Shown piece by piece: positions 63,749 to 64,000 of a stretch of DNA of 64,000 nt (positions within the stretch are counted from its first letter, which is position 1; every line of letters begins with the position of its first letter). Under the pieces are notes generated by a model that saw only the letters and a program-made list of their open reading frames with translations, was not told the origin of the DNA and searched no databases. Both the position numbers and the translations under genes were made by a program. The DNA is from an uncultured Verrucomicrobiae bacterium (GTDB lineage Bacteria; Verrucomicrobiota; Verrucomicrobiia; Chthoniobacterales; JAATET01). The stretch is taken from contig CAVVKW010000004.1 of NCBI GenBank assembly GCA_963749035.1, positions 1,657,966-1,721,965 of the forward strand, given 5' to 3'.

Positions 63749-64000
63749 TCAATTCGCGGGCGAGATGGTGGGTTGTCCGCCAGCCGGTGCATTCTCCCGC
63801 TCCGGCTCGTAGTGCGGATCAGCTTCCGGCAGGACAGCTTTGACTTCGAACATACAGATCATCGGCAGGAACCGGATGAAGAGCAGGAACAACGTCAGGA
63901 AGAGCCCGAACGTTCCGATGAACGTGCAGATGTCGACGATGGTCGGGTGGAAGAGCTGCCAAGCACTTGGCAGATAGTCCCGCTGGAGCGTCGTCGCAAT
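63749..64000 (-). CDS. 3' end of an NrfD/ActC-like polytopic quinol-interacting subunit (gene starts beyond the window end)
   Basis: The minus-strand frame reads ..[83 protein letters not shown]. The stop is at 63749-63751, 1 nt before the actD-like ATG. It is absent from the ORF track because no start lies in the window. Confidence 0.7.
   Translation of the reverse strand: MATTLQRDYLPSAWQLFHPTIVDICTFIGTFGLFLTLFLLFIRFLPMICMFEVKAVLPEADPHYEPERENAPAGGQPTISPAN

Noticed and set aside
1-64000. Search for CRISPR arrays, rRNA/tRNA genes, IS elements, integrases, prophage or toxin-antitoxin/defence modules
   Set aside because: I saw no spaced direct-repeat arrays, T-loop or anticodon-arm tRNA-like structures in intergenic gaps, transposase or recombinase motifs, or terminal inverted repeats. 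All gaps are under 300 nt. This was a by-eye check only, so tRNAscan, Infernal, ISfinder or DefenseFinder would be decisive.

Overview
This is a GC-rich bacterial chromosomal segment that is almost entirely coding. I support about 46 protein genes. By eye I found no rRNA, tRNA, CRISPR array, transposase or integrase. The gene content suggests the PVC superphylum (Verrucomicrobiota/Planctomycetota), but that is inference only. The relevant traits are multiple formylglycine-type sulfatases, three GH2 enzymes, a Tat-signal xylose-isomerase-like protein, a Gfo/Idh/MocA oxidoreductase, ACIII-type ActC/ActD, frequent NTGA start-stop overlaps and non-ATG starts.

Layout:
(1) About 0.1-42 kb is a SusC/D-less glycan-utilisation island. 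It carries GH2 beta-mannosidase, two GH2 beta-galactosidase-like paralogs, GH3, a clan GH-A enzyme, a clan-D-like GH, a GH63-like enzyme, tandem heparinase II/III-like paralogs, two sulfatases, a SASA-type esterase, a Kelch protein, and SSS and GRP transporters. Embedded in it is a GntR-controlled divergent unit that joins a CoA-transferase/crotonase/ALDH module to a sugar importer, a beta-helix protein and a sulfatase.
(2) 42-51 kb holds a CNNM/CBS pair, then an operon of DUF309, DUF5069, a permuted flavoprotein fused to a NapH-like FeS membrane domain, and a GT2-GT-C fusion. This operon converges on, and overlaps, a DUF4230-DUF2064 pair.
(3) 51.6-60 kb is a same-strand array: PlsC-like acyltransferase, GT2, CE4 deacetylase, LpxL-like acyltransferase, a degenerate MBL-fold lipoprotein, purD, an S41 peptidase homolog lacking both catalytic residues, and a secreted transglutaminase-core protein. 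A GH46 chitosanase-like gene lies divergent to it.
(4) htpG and the tail (actC', actD) of an ACIII-like operon close the window.

The most promising undescribed systems are the glycolipid-type cassette at 56.7-60.9 kb, the redox/glycosyl operon at 44.5-49.9 kb, and the GntR/CoA/sulfatase unit at 3.9-11.7 kb. All family assignments come from motif recognition by eye. No database search was run.
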